Assembly: GCA_963702895.1 (NCBI GenBank)
Contig: OY969767.1
Location: 2,016,001 to 2,080,000 of the forward strand
Reading direction: 5' to 3'
DNA from: an uncultured Elusimicrobia bacterium
GTDB taxonomy: Bacteria; Elusimicrobiota; Elusimicrobia; 2-01-FULL-59-12
DNA length: 64,000 nucleotides
A model generated the notes under the pieces. That model was given only the letters and a program-made list of their open reading frames with translations. It searched no databases and was not told the origin of the DNA. The position numbers and the translations under genes were made by a program. This document shows, piece after piece, positions 45,432-57,000 of the stretch. Every line of letters begins with the position of its first letter. Position 1 is the first letter of the stretch.

Positions 45432-46727
45432 TTACTTCGCCACGCTGATATAGACGCGGCTGTAGACTTCCACCGGAATATCCCGTCCCTGCAGGCCGCC
45501 CTGGATGACAAACATGAAGCGTTTCCCGCGTATGGCTGGGTCATCGGGAAGTTCCAGGGTGATGGAGGTGCTCTTGATACTGTCACCGGGGACTTTGAGG
45601 TCCGTGTGTTTGACTTTGATCCACTCCGGCTTTCCGTACTCGTACCCGGACGCCGCGGCCATTCCGCCTGGCGCTGGCACCGAGGCAACCTTGAAGTTCA
45701 AGGTTTGAGGGCTGCGATTGATGAGGCTGAGTCGAACCCCCATCTCGGAGAGGTCCACCTTCTTCCCTGGCACCATAAAGCCGGGGACATACTGAAGGTC
45801 CGGCTCAAGGGTAAAGTTGAGCATCTGGTAGATGCCCTGTTTCTGCAGGCGGCGAATTTCTTCGGGGCCCGCCGAGCCGACGCTAAAACGCAATCGGCTC
45901 GACAACGCAATCCCGAAGGACAACGCTGTGACCTGCCCAGGCGGTGGTTCCGGTGTGGTCGCTGTCAGATGGGCCTGGAAATGCCGTCCCACATACTCTT
46001 CACCCGGCGGGACTTGAAGAATGACATCCACGAGACCCTCTTCGCCGGCGGCCAGCTTGAGGCGGCCAGGGACCAATTTGATCCAGGACGGATCGACAAT
46101 CGCCTCATAACCAGGCTTGAGCTGCTCTTTGCTGGGGATTTCGACTTCCACCTGGAGTTCGACTTCGCCGTTGGAGCGGTTCTCCACACGGTAAGGCAGG
46201 TTCCGCATGGTCCGGAGGTTGTAGATTTTGCCCGGCTGGACATGCTCCATGATGACGTCGGCGAACTTGGTGCCCACGTTGTAGCCGGCTTCCGCTGGCG
46301 TCGCGGAAAAGCCCAACGCGCCTGCGAGCAGCACGGCGATGAGCCCTTTCCAGAAACGACCGGTGTCGGAAGGGTAATCACCGCCTCGTTCGGCAAGCGC
46401 AACGGCCTCGAGGGTCTTACGAATACCCCGGAAACGCGCCTGTCCATACCATGGCCGGAAGGGCGTGGTCTTGGGAGCTGGCGTGGAGGCCGCTTTGACC
46501 ACATCCAAGGCGTACATCTCTTCCGCTGGAGTGGCCAACTGGTAGCGGTGAGGCTTCTCTTCGATGAGAAGCCCACCGGAGGTGAGGTTTTCCAGGATCG
46601 CGACGCAAGAGTCGAAGGGGACCCCCTGTTCGCGGCTGATGTCATGAGCGGAGCGCCATGACGTGCTCTTGTCCTTGAAGGCGCGCAGGCACATCAAGGC
46701 ATACTGAATGCTTTGCTGATTATTCAC
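45432..46727 (-). CDS. Rrf2-like winged-HTH fused through a TM/signal segment to two Ig-like (chaperone-like) domains
   Basis: QYALMCL...AHDISREQGVP...ILENLTSGGLL...YQLATPAEE..ALDVV; hydrophobic LIAVLLAGALGF..AEA; SWIKLVPGRLKLAAGE...ILQVP and EWIKV...LKVPGD...LELP. Confidence 0.7.
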   Translation of the reverse strand: MNNQQSIQYALMCLRAFKDKSTSWRSAHDISREQGVPFDSCVAILENLTSGGLLIEEKPHRYQLATPAEEMYALDVVKAASTPAPKTTPFRPWYGQARFRGIRKTLEAVALAERGGDYPSDTGRFWKGLIAVLLAGALGFSATPAEAGYNVGTKFADVIMEHVQPGKIYNLRTMRNLPYRVENRSNGEVELQVEVEIPSKEQLKPGYEAIVDPSWIKLVPGRLKLAAGEEGLVDVILQVPPGEEYVGRHFQAHLTATTPEPPPGQVTALSFGIALSSRLRFSVGSAGPEEIRRLQKQGIYQMLNFTLEPDLQYVPGFMVPGKKVDLSEMGVRLSLINRSPQTLNFKVASVPAPGGMAAASGYEYGKPEWIKVKHTDLKVPGDSIKSTSITLELPDDPAIRGKRFMFVIQGGLQGRDIPVEVYSRVYISVAK

Positions 46728-46832
46728 GTGTGACTCCTTATGATGTTGGTAGGGCGTCTTCGCCTGAGGGAGCGGCGATCATCACCGCTGGTTGCGACGG
46801 GTGTTTCGGTAGGTACGGCCGGGGTGGGCCCT

Positions 46833-46920
46833 AAAAAGAAATAAGGCTTATCCCGTTATCCCCTTCTTCGAGGACAAGGACAAGCCCCATGCTTGTCATG
46901 CGGCGGCCTTCTTGGCCGCC
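46833..46920 (-). promoter_or_regulatory. Two hairpins plus overlapping intrinsic terminator (attenuator-like)
   Basis: GGCGGCC-AAGAA-GGCCGCC and GACAAGC-ATGGG-GCTTGTC, whose 3' arm is also the 5' arm of GGCTTGTCC...GGATAAGCC-TTATTTCTTTTT. Confidence 0.6.
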
Positions 46921-46929
46921 AGGTCTATG

Positions 46930-47574
46930 TTAAGCGGCTCTCTTGGCTTTTGTCTTTCCGCCTAAAACCATCCGGACCTGAATCAAGGAACGACACAGTT
47001 CCTTGAGTGTGATGCCCTGATCTTGGGCCATTTTTTGAAGCGTCCGGTGCGCTTCATCTTCCGTGTAGCCTTGCTGATCCATCAAAATCCCTTTGGCTTT
47101 TTCGAGAAGTTTGCGTGTTTCCAAAGTTTCGGAAAGCGTCTTCATTTCTTCTTTGAGGGATTTGATCGTTAGGAAACGGTGCCAGGCGCCCTCGATCATC
47201 GGAACGACTTGGGAGGTTTCGATGGGCTTGGCCATATAGGCGCTAGCGCCCAAATCCAAGGCTTGACGGCCGATCTTCGCTGATCCGTCTGCCGTCAAGA
47301 TGACCACAGCGGTCGTTTGAAGGGGCACGATTTGCGCAAGCGCCTCGAGGCCACTCGACTGTGGCATGTGAACATCCATCACGATAACGTCTGGCTTTTT
47401 TTCTTTCACAAGCGCCACAGCTTCCAGGCCGTTGTTGGCGATCCCGAGGATTTGATATTGGGATTGGCAGACGAGTTGCAGAACATTCAGAATGTCCAGT
47501 TGATCATCAGCAAACGCTACAGTTTTAACTCGTTCCATCGGCTCAAGTCTATGGTGAATCCGTAGTGATTTCAA
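46930..47574 (-). CDS. REC-ANTAR response regulator (AmiR/NasT/EutV type; start may be 47538)
   Basis: ADD, MDVHMP, LTA and KP receiver residues; LETRKLLEKAKGILM...TEDEAHRTLQKMA ANTAR domain. Confidence 0.92.
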   Translation of the reverse strand: MKSLRIHHRLEPMERVKTVAFADDQLDILNVLQLVCQSQYQILGIANNGLEAVALVKEKKPDVIVMDVHMPQSSGLEALAQIVPLQTTAVVILTADGSAKIGRQALDLGASAYMAKPIETSQVVPMIEGAWHRFLTIKSLKEEMKTLSETLETRKLLEKAKGILMDQQGYTEDEAHRTLQKMAQDQGITLKELCRSLIQVRMVLGGKTKAKRAA

Positions 47575-47620
47575 TGTTTTTTATTGTTAAAAAGTAAATT
47601 AAACAGTTTGATATTTAGAT

Positions 47621-48097
47621 CTATTTCTCTATGGTAAAGCGCAGTCTCGAAAGTAGTCCGGGACTCACGGACACAGCTGCATCGCTCATCGGTGCTCCTC
47701 GAGTCCAGATCATGATTTGGTAGGGTTGCTCATGACGTTTCACAGAACGTGGGACGATGAGGGTGATCTGGAAGATGCCTTCCCCCCGCGCCGGGAGAAT
47801 TAATTCGTCAGGATCCAGGCGTACCCAAGCCGTCTCAGAAATGGGGATCGCCCCATCCTTCAGCTGGGCCTGGGTTGGAACGAGAGCTTGGACTTTGACA
47901 CGGATGGGCGTGTTTCCTAAGTTTTTGAGCACCAAGCCTTTGCCGCTAGGCCCGCTCACGACATAAGGCTGCCCGCTTGGAACTCCCCGAACGAAGACAT
48001 CACTGAAAGACGTGGATAGACCTTCGGCACACTCACCAAGCGGAGAAAGCGCCCCTAGCATGACACCCAAGATCAAAAAGCAACGTATTCTTATCAT
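47621..48097 (-). CDS. Secreted single Ig-like (chaperone-like) protein
   Basis: ATG overlaps the adhesin stop (ATGA); signal peptide. FSDV..., WVRLDPDELILPARGE..ITLIVP and LSRLRFTI parallel the first Ig domain of 45432-46727. Confidence 0.75.
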   Translation of the reverse strand: MIRIRCFLILGVMLGALSPLGECAEGLSTSFSDVFVRGVPSGQPYVVSGPSGKGLVLKNLGNTPIRVKVQALVPTQAQLKDGAIPISETAWVRLDPDELILPARGEGIFQITLIVPRSVKRHEQPYQIMIWTRGAPMSDAAVSVSPGLLSRLRFTIEK

Positions 48098-51000
48098 GGC
48101 GCGGTCGCCGTCACCGTCAGAATCATTTGCTGCTGATTGGTCGTGCTCGTGGTCGGAGGCGTATCCAGGCGAAGCCAAAGATTGCGGCTAGCGCTCACAG
48201 GAACAGACACGCCTGTCTGGTTGGCTCCGTAAATGCCCGGCGTCGATGCGGTCGGAGTGCTGATGATGATGTCGGTCGAAGAAAAGATATCGCTCAGAGG
48301 CTGGACCGAATTGAACTTACCGAACATGGCAAAGGTGTTGCGCGACGTGGGGAGAGCAGTCCCTACCCCCCACACCGTTGTCGGGCCTGAGGTTGTAATC
48401 GAAAGGGAAAATGTCTCTGCGACATTGCCCGTATTGGTGACGGCGATGGCAGATCCTGAGACGACGGTGCTGGCGACAGGAACGGAACCAAAGTCATAAC
48501 TCGAGGGGGACAAGCTCAGCGACAGGATAACGAAGGTCCAATTGGTGTTATTTTCAGAATCGATGGAATCGGGCCCCGCGGCGATCACGACACCCGCGCT
48601 CGCGCTGGAATAAGCGACATCGACATACGATACCGTATTTGTGGACGTGTTGTTCAAATACCACATTTGGTCCGGAGGCGTCGGCCGGATCCACACGGTG
48701 TTGCCACTCGACCCCCTCAGGACGAGATTGGCAATCGTAAACGTGGAATGGGCGTTGAAGTAGACCGTCGTCGCGCTGGCCAGGCCGGCGCCATCGACGG
48801 TAAGTTTGGTGGCGGTGAAGCTCGAAGCAAACGTCACGCCGCCGCTGGAGGTGTTCGAATCAATTAAGACCCAGAAGGGCAGGCCGGCATTCGTGATGGT
48901 TTGGGCCGAGGAGCCCGTCAGGGCCACGGTGCTCCGGTTGACCGTAAAGGCCCCGCTGTTGAGCTGCATGTCGCCGCCCAAATCCACCCGGTAGGAATTG
49001 GCGTTGGTGTTCATGGTCCCACCGCTAATGATGAAATCACCGTCAATCGCGATATCGGAACCCAGCGTCCACACCATACTTCCCCCCAAGGTGAGGTTCC
49101 CCACAATGGGAGAGGTAAAGGTCGTGCAGGTCTTGGCGCCGCTGCCGCTAAAGGTCAGGTTGTAGTATTGGGCGTTCTTGCAGGTTTGCGCGCCCGCCAA
49201 GGCGTAGTTCACCGTGTTGGAACTCGACACAAAGTCGACGGTGGTGACGGCCATGGCGTTGGTCGTGGCGCCGCTGGCGTTTAGGACAGAATCCAACCCT
49301 TGCGTCCAAGACCCGCCGCCGGTCAAGGTGCTCGAGGCGTTGACCGTGCCGTTGTTCGTGACTGACCCTGTCACGGTGAAGACGCCCGGGGTGGTGAGCG
49401 TCCCGTTGTTGGTCAAGGTCATGCCGGCTGCTACGGTGAGCGTCGTGATGCTCATGGTACCGCTGAGCGCTTGATTGTTGGTGTTGAAGGTGGCCGTACC
49501 AGTGATGGCGATGCTTCCGGAAGTCCGGGTGAGGCCGCCTCGAAACACGATCCCGGTGCTGGCGCCGCTGAGCGTTCCGCCGCTCACCGTGACCAGTCCC
49601 GCGAAGAGTTTTGAGCCTGTGTCGCTGGTGAGCGATACCGTTCCCCCTGAGAGCGTCGAAGCCCCTGTCACCCAGAACTGAAACGCGCCGGTGGTGAGCG
49701 TGCCGCCGGAAGCAAGAATCCCGCCATTGACCGTTACGGATGAGCCCAGCGTCCAGGCGGCGGTCCCGCCCATTTCGATATTCCCTAAGATCGGAGACGT
49801 AAAGGTGGTGCAAGTCTTGACGCCGCTGCCTCCGAAGGCGAGGTTGTAGTACTGGATATTCCTGCAGGTCTGGATGCCGGCGAAATTGTAGCGGACGGTG
49901 TTGCCACTGGCATTCGCTGTCAGCGTCGTGATTCCGGGCGTGCCGGTGAAGTTGAGGTTGAGCGTGCCGCCGGCGGCGTTGGTGAACCCACCTGTTCCGT
50001 TGAGCGCGGTGTTGACCGTAATCGTGCCTTGGTTGGTGAGCGTGGTTCCCGTAATCGTCAAGGTGGCCAGGTTGAGACTGGCGGTGTTGGTGTAGGCGGT
50101 GGTGAACGTGGGGCTGCCAAAGTCTGTGGCGCCCGCTGTGCCGCTGATGGTGCCCCCACCCACCTTGGCAAAGGCCGGCAGGAACGTCGTGGCGGCAGCG
50201 CCGGAGGTCGTACCGTTCATCACCAGATTTCCGTTGATATTGACCGTTTCAGCCGCTGTCACATTGAAATCACCATCCACGGTGAGTGTGTCGTTAAAGG
50301 TCTTGGAGCCGGTCGTGCTGGGAATCTGAAGCGTCCCGCCAGCATCCACTTGAACATCCACAAATATGGAAGTGCCTGTATCCGTGTTGAGTATTCCACC
50401 GTTTCCGATCGTCACGGTCTTATTAAACGTCTTGTTGCCCGTCGCGTTGGTGAGCGTCAAGGTCCCGTAGACATCGACGCTGCCGTTGGCGGTAAAGTCG
50501 AATCCGGCCGTGGTCAGTGTGCTGCCGCTGCGAACCGTAAGACTGGAGATCGTCACAGCCGCCGTGGGGACAGGCATGAAGGTGGCCGTGGACACGATCA
50601 ACACGGAATCCTGGGACGTGGGATACCCCTCATCCCAGTTGGACCAGTTCCACCAGTTGGTGTCGACAGCTCCCCACCAGGTCCGGATTTGTCCGGTGAG
50701 AAAACTCCAAAAGAAATTGTTCCCTGAATTGACGCTCGTGCCGTCATTGGCCACGATCGCTCTTCCCGAACGAGCGTCGGAATCCCGCACGTCCACATAC
50801 ACCCCGGAACTCGTCCCCGTATTGTTCAAATACCAGTTGGTGTCATCGATCGTAGACCTCAGCCAGATCTTTTTGCCGCTGGCACCTACCAGAGACAGGG
50901 TCGTGATGGTAAAAGTTGAATTGGCATTGAAGTAGACCGTCGTTTCGTTCGCCAAGTCGGCGCGGTTGATCATGAGCTTGGTGGCGGTGAAGCTCGAAGC

Positions 51001-54000
51001 AAACGTCACACCGCCGCTGGAGGTGTTCGAATCAATCAAGACCCAGAAGGGCAGGCCGGCATTCGTGATGGTTTGGGCCGAGGAGCCCGTCAGGGCCACG
51101 GTGCTCCGGTTGACCGTAAAGGCCCCGCTGTTGAGCTGCATGTCGCCGCCCAAATCCACCCGGTAGGAATTGGCGTTGGTGTTCATGGTCCCGCCGCTAA
51201 TCACAAAATCCCCGGAAATCGCGATATCGGAACCCAGCGTCCACACCATACTTCCCCCCAGCGTGAGGTTCCCCACAATGGGAGAGGTAAAGGTCGTGCA
51301 GGTCTTGGCGCCGCTGCCGCTAAAGGTCAGGTTGTAATACTGGGCGTTCTTACAGGTCTGAGCGCCCGCCAAGGCGTAGTTCACGGTGTTGGAGCTCGAC
51401 ACAAAGTCGACGGTCGTGACGGCCATGGCGTTGGTCGTGGCGCCGCTGGCGTTTAGGACAGAATCCAACCCTTGCGTCCAAGACCCGACACCGGTCAAGG
51501 TGCTCGAGGCGTTGACCGTGCCGTTGTTGATGACGGCTCCGGTGACCGTGACCACGCCGCTTGCTGTGAGACTCCCGTTGTTCGTTAGGGTTTTTGTGCC
51601 AGCGATGTTGATCGTGGCCGCCGAGATAACGCCGGCACTGTCATTAACAAAATCCTCGTTGATGGTGAGGGTCCCACCGACCGAGAGCGTTGCGACGCTA
51701 TTGGTATAGGCGGTGGAAAAAGTCGCATTGGTGATCGCAACGCTTGTTGCAGTGCCTGAGAGACTTCCCCCGCCCCCCACTTTGTTGAACGTCCAAAGCC
51801 CGGTATTGGACGTGATGCTGCCAGTCCCGTCCACCTGCAGGTCGCCGCTCACGCTTGTGGGCTCGGCGGCCGTGAAATTCACAAGCCCTCCGTTATTGAC
51901 CGTGATCGTGCCAAAGACAACCGAACCCAGTGTCGTGGTGACCGAGAGCGTGCCACTCACATCGACCGCTCCGAAATTCACAGCGGCGTTGTTGCCCTTG
52001 GTCACGGTGGTCCCATTGCCAACAGTCAGGGTGCCGGAAATGGTGCTGGCGGCACTTAGCGACCAGGACGCGGTCCCGCTTAAGGTAATGTTTTGAACAT
52101 TGTTGGCGCCCCCCACGAGAGCACATGTCTTGGCCCCACTATTGCCCAGCTCGAGCGTGTCATAGTTGGTCAGCCTACAGGTTTGTACTCCGGCGAAATT
52201 GTAGCGGACGGTGTTGCCACTGGCATTCGCTGTCAGCGTCGTGATTCCGGGCGTGCCGGTGAAGTTGAGGTTGAGCGTGCCGCCGGCGGCGTTGGTGAAG
52301 CCGCCGGTCCCGCTGAGCGCGGTGTTCACCGTGACGGTCCCTTGGTTGGTGAGGGTCGTCCCCGTGATCGTCAAGGTCGCCAGGTTGAGACTGGCGGTGT
52401 TGGTGTAGGCGGTGGTGAACGTGGGGCTGCCAAAGTCTGTGGCGCCCGCTGTGCCGCTGATGGTGCCCCCACCCACCTTGGCAAAGGCCGGCAGGAACGT
52501 CGTGGCGGCAGCGCCGGAGGTCGTACCGTTCATCACCAGATTTCCGTTGATATTGACCGTTTCAGCCGCTGTCACATTGAAATCACCATCCACGGTGAGT
52601 GTGTCGTTAAAGGTCTTGGAGCCGGTCGTGCTGGGAATCTGAAGCGTCCCGCCAGCATCCACTTGAACATCCACAAATATGGAAGTGCCTGTATCCGTGT
52701 TGAGTATTCCACCGTTTCCGATCGTCACGGTCTTATTAAACGTCTTGTTGCCCGTCGCGTTGGTGAGCGTCAAGGTCCCGTAGACATCGACGCTGCCGTT
52801 GGCGGTAAAGTCGAATCCGGCCGTGGTCAGTGTGCTGCCGCTGCGAACCGTAAGACTGGAGATCGTCACAGCCGCCGTGGGGACAGGCATGAAGGTGGCC
52901 GTGGACACGATCAACACGGAATCCTGGGACGTGGGATACCCCTCATCCCAGTTGGACCAGTTCCACCAGTTGGTGTCGACAGCTCCCCACCAGGTCCGGA
53001 TTTGTCCGGTGAGAAAACTCCAAAAGAAATTGTTCCCTGAATTGACGCTCGTGCCGTCATTGGCCACGATCGCTCTTCCCGAACGAGCGTCGGAATCCCG
53101 CACGTCCACATACACCCCGGAACTCGTCCCCGTATTGTTCAAATACCAGTTGGTGTCATCGATCGTAGACCTCAGCCAGATCTTTTTGCCGCTGGCACCT
53201 ACCAGAGACAGGGTCGTGATGGTAAAAGTTGAATTCGCATTAAAGTAGACCGTCGTTTCGTTCGCCAAGTCGGCGCGGTTGATCATGAGTTTGGTGGCGG
53301 TGAAGCTCGAAGCAAACGTCACACCGCCGCTGGAGGTGTTCGAATCAATCAAGACCCAGAAGGGCAGGCCGGCATTCGTGATGGTTTGGGCCGAGGAGCC
53401 CGTCAGGGCCACGGTGCTCCGGTTGACCGTAAAGGCCCCGCTGTTGAGCTGCATGTCGCCGCCCAAATCCACCCGGTAGGAATTGGCGTTGGTGTTCATG
53501 GTCCCGCCGCTAATCACAAAATCCCCGGAAATCGCGATATCGGAACCCAGCGTCCACACCATACTTCCCCCCAAGGTGAGGTTCCCCACAATGGGAGAGG
53601 TAAAGGTCGTGCAGGTCTTGGCGCCGCTGCCGCTAAAGGTCAGGTTGTAGTATTGGGCGTTCTTGCAGGTTTGCGCGCCCGCCAAGGCGTAGTTCACCGT
53701 GTTGGAACTCGACACAAAGTCGACGGTGGTGACGGCCATGGCGTTGGTCGTGGCGCCGCTGGCGTTTAGGACAGAATCCAACCCTTGCGTCCAAGACCCG
53801 CCGCCGGTCAAGGTGCTCGAGGCGTTGACCGTGCCGTTGTTCGTGACTGACCCTGTCACGGTGAAGACGCCCGGGGTGGTGAGCGTCCCGTTGTTGGTCA
53901 AGGTCATGCCGGCTGCTACGGTGAGCGTCGTGATGCTCATGGTACCGCTGAGCGCTTGATTGTTGGTGTTGAAGGTGGCCGTACCAGTGATGGCGATGCT

Positions 54001-57000
54001 TCCGGAAGTCCGGGTGAGGCCGCCTCGAAACACGATCCCGGTGCTGGCGCCGCTGAGCGTTCCGCCGCTCACCGTGACCAGTCCCGCGAAGAGTTTTGAG
54101 CCTGTGTCGCTGGTGAGCGATACCGTTCCCCCTGAGAGCGTCGAAGCCCCTGTCACCCAGAACTGAAACGCGCCGGTGGTGAGCGTGCCGCCGGAAGCAA
54201 GAATCCCGCCATTGACCGTTACGGATGAGCCCAGCGTCCAGGCGGCGGTCCCGCCCATTTCGATATTCCCTAAGATCGGAGACGTAAAGGTGGTGCAAGT
54301 CTTGACGCCGCTGCCTCCGAAGGCGAGGTTGTAGTACTGGATATTCCTGCAGGTCTGGATGCCGGCGAAATTGTAGCGGACGGTGTTGCCACTGGCATTC
54401 GCTGTCAGCGTCGTGATTCCGGGCGTGCCGGTGAAGTTGAGGTTGAGCGTGCCGCCGGCGGCGTTGGTGAACCCACCTGTTCCGTTGAGCGCGGTGTTGA
54501 CCGTAATCGTGCCTTGGTTGGTGAGCGTGGTTCCCGTAATCGTCAAGGTGGCCAGGTTGAGACTGGCGGTGTTCGTGTAGGCGGTGGTGAACGTGGGGCT
54601 GCCAAAGTCTGTGGCGCCCGCTGTGCCGCTGATGGTGCCCCCACCCACCTTGGCAAAGGCCGGCAGGAACGTCGTGTCGGCAGCGCCGGAGGTCGTGCCG
54701 TTCATCACCAGATCAGCATTGATCGCGACCGTTTCAGCCGCCGTCACATTCAAGTCGCCATCCACGGTGAGTGTGCCGTTAAAGGTCTTGGAGCCGGTGG
54801 TGTTGGAGATTCGCAGCACTCCGCCGCTATTGACCGTAACCGCATCATTAAAAACAACGGTGCCGGTGTCGGTGTTGAGTATTCCACCGTTTCCGACCGT
54901 CACGGTCCCATTAAACGTTTTGTTGCCCGTCGCGTTGGTGAGGGTCAAGGTCCCCGAAAGAGACGTGGGACCGTAGACCGTGAAATTGTACCCTGCAGTG
55001 GTTAATGATCCCGTGATCGTAAGGCCGGCCATGGAGAGGTGGCTGGTCGGCACGGGCATCACCAAGGCCGTTGACACAATCAGCACGTAATCATCCGTAC
55101 TGGGAACACCCGATTCCCAGTTCGAAGGGTTCCACCAATTGGTATCGACCGTCCCCCACCAGGTTCGTGTTTGCCCCCCGCTACCGAAATACCAGTTATA
55201 GTTGTTCCCTGAATTCTGGCTGCCTCCGTCATTGGCTTGTATGATAGACCCGGCGCGGGCATCGGAGTCCCGCACGTCGACATACGTGATGGAATTCGTC
55301 CCCGTATTATTCAAATACCAGTTGGTGTCATCGACTGTAGACCGGAGCCATATCTTTTTGCCGCTGGCGCCTGCCAGAGACAGGGTCGTGATGGTAAAAG
55401 TTGAATTCGCATTAAAGTAGACCGTCGTTTCGTTCGCCAAGTCGGCGCGGTTGATCATGAGTTTGGTGGCGGTGAAGCTCGAAGCAAACGTCACACCGCC
55501 GCTGGAGGTGTTCGAATCAATCAAGACCCAGAAGGGCAGGCCGGCATTCGTGATGGTTTGGGCCGAGGAGCCCGTCAGGGCCACGGTACTCCGGTTGACC
55601 GTAAAGGCCCCGCTGTTGAGCTGCATGTCGCCGCCCAAATCCACCCGGTAGGAATTGGCGTTGGTGTTCATGGTCCCACCGCTAATGATGAAATCACCGT
55701 CAATCGCGATATCGGAACCCAGCGTCCACACCATACTTCCCCCCAGCGTGAGGTTCCCCACAATGGGAGAGGTAAAGGTGGTGCAGGTCTTAGTACCGCT
55801 GCCAGTCATACGGAGGTTGTAATATTGAGCGTTCTTGCACGTTTGGTTGCCGCCCAGGGCATAGTTCACCGTGTTGGAACTGGCGGAGAAATTGACGGTG
55901 GTCACCGCCATGGCGTTGGTCGTGGCGCCGCTGGCGTTCAGGACAGAATCCAACCCTTGCGTCCAAGACCCGCCGCCGGTCAAGGTGCTCGAGGCGTTGA
56001 CCGTGCCGTTGTTCGTCACAGACCCCGTCACCGTGAAGACGCCCGGGGTCGTGAGCGTCCCGTTGTTGGTGAGCGTGATGCCGGCTGCTACGGTGAGCGT
56101 CGTGATGCTCATGGTACCGCTGAGCGCTTGGTTGTTCGTGTTGAAGGTGGCCGTACCAGTGATGGCGACGCTTCCGGAAGTCCGGGTGAGGCCGCCGCGA
56201 AAGACGATCAGGGCGCTGGCGCCGCTCAGCGTCCCTCCACTCACTGTAACCAAGCCGACCATGACTTTCGACCCTGTGTCGCTGGTGAGCGATACCGTTC
56301 CCCCTGAGAGTGTCGAAGCCCCTGTCACCCAGAACTGAAACGCGCCGGTGGTGAGCGTGCCGCCGGAGGCAAGAATCCCGCCATTGACCGTCACCGAAGA
56401 AGCTAAGGTCCAGGCGGCGGTCCCTCCCATTTCGATATTCCCTAAGATCGGTGAGGTAAAGGTGGTGCAGGTCTTAGTACCGCTGCCAGTCATACGGAGG
56501 TTGTAATATTGAGCGTTCTTGCACGTTTGGTTGCCGCCCAGGGCATAGTTCACCGTGTTGGAACTGGCGGAGAAATTGACGGTGGTCACCGCCATGGCGT
56601 TGGTCGTGGCGCCGCTGGCGTTCAGGACAGAATCCAACCCTTGCGTCCAAGACCCGCCGCCGGTCAAGGTGCTCGAGGTGTTGACCGTGCCGTTGTTCGT
56701 CACAGACCCCGTCACCGTGAAGACGCCCGGGGTCGTGAGCGTCCCGTTGTTGGTGAGCGTGATGCCGGCTGCTACGGTGAGCGTCGTGATGCTCATGGTA
56801 CCGCTGAGCGCTTGGTTGTTCGTGTTGAAGGTCGCCGTGCCGGTGATCGACACGCTCCCCGAAGTCCGGGTGAGGCCGCCCCGAAAGACGATCGCTGTGC
56901 TGGCGCCGCTCAATGTGCCGCCGCTCACCGTGACCAGTCCCGCGAAGAGTTTTGAGCCTGTGTCGCTGGTGAGCGATACCGTTCCCCCTGAGAGCGTCGA

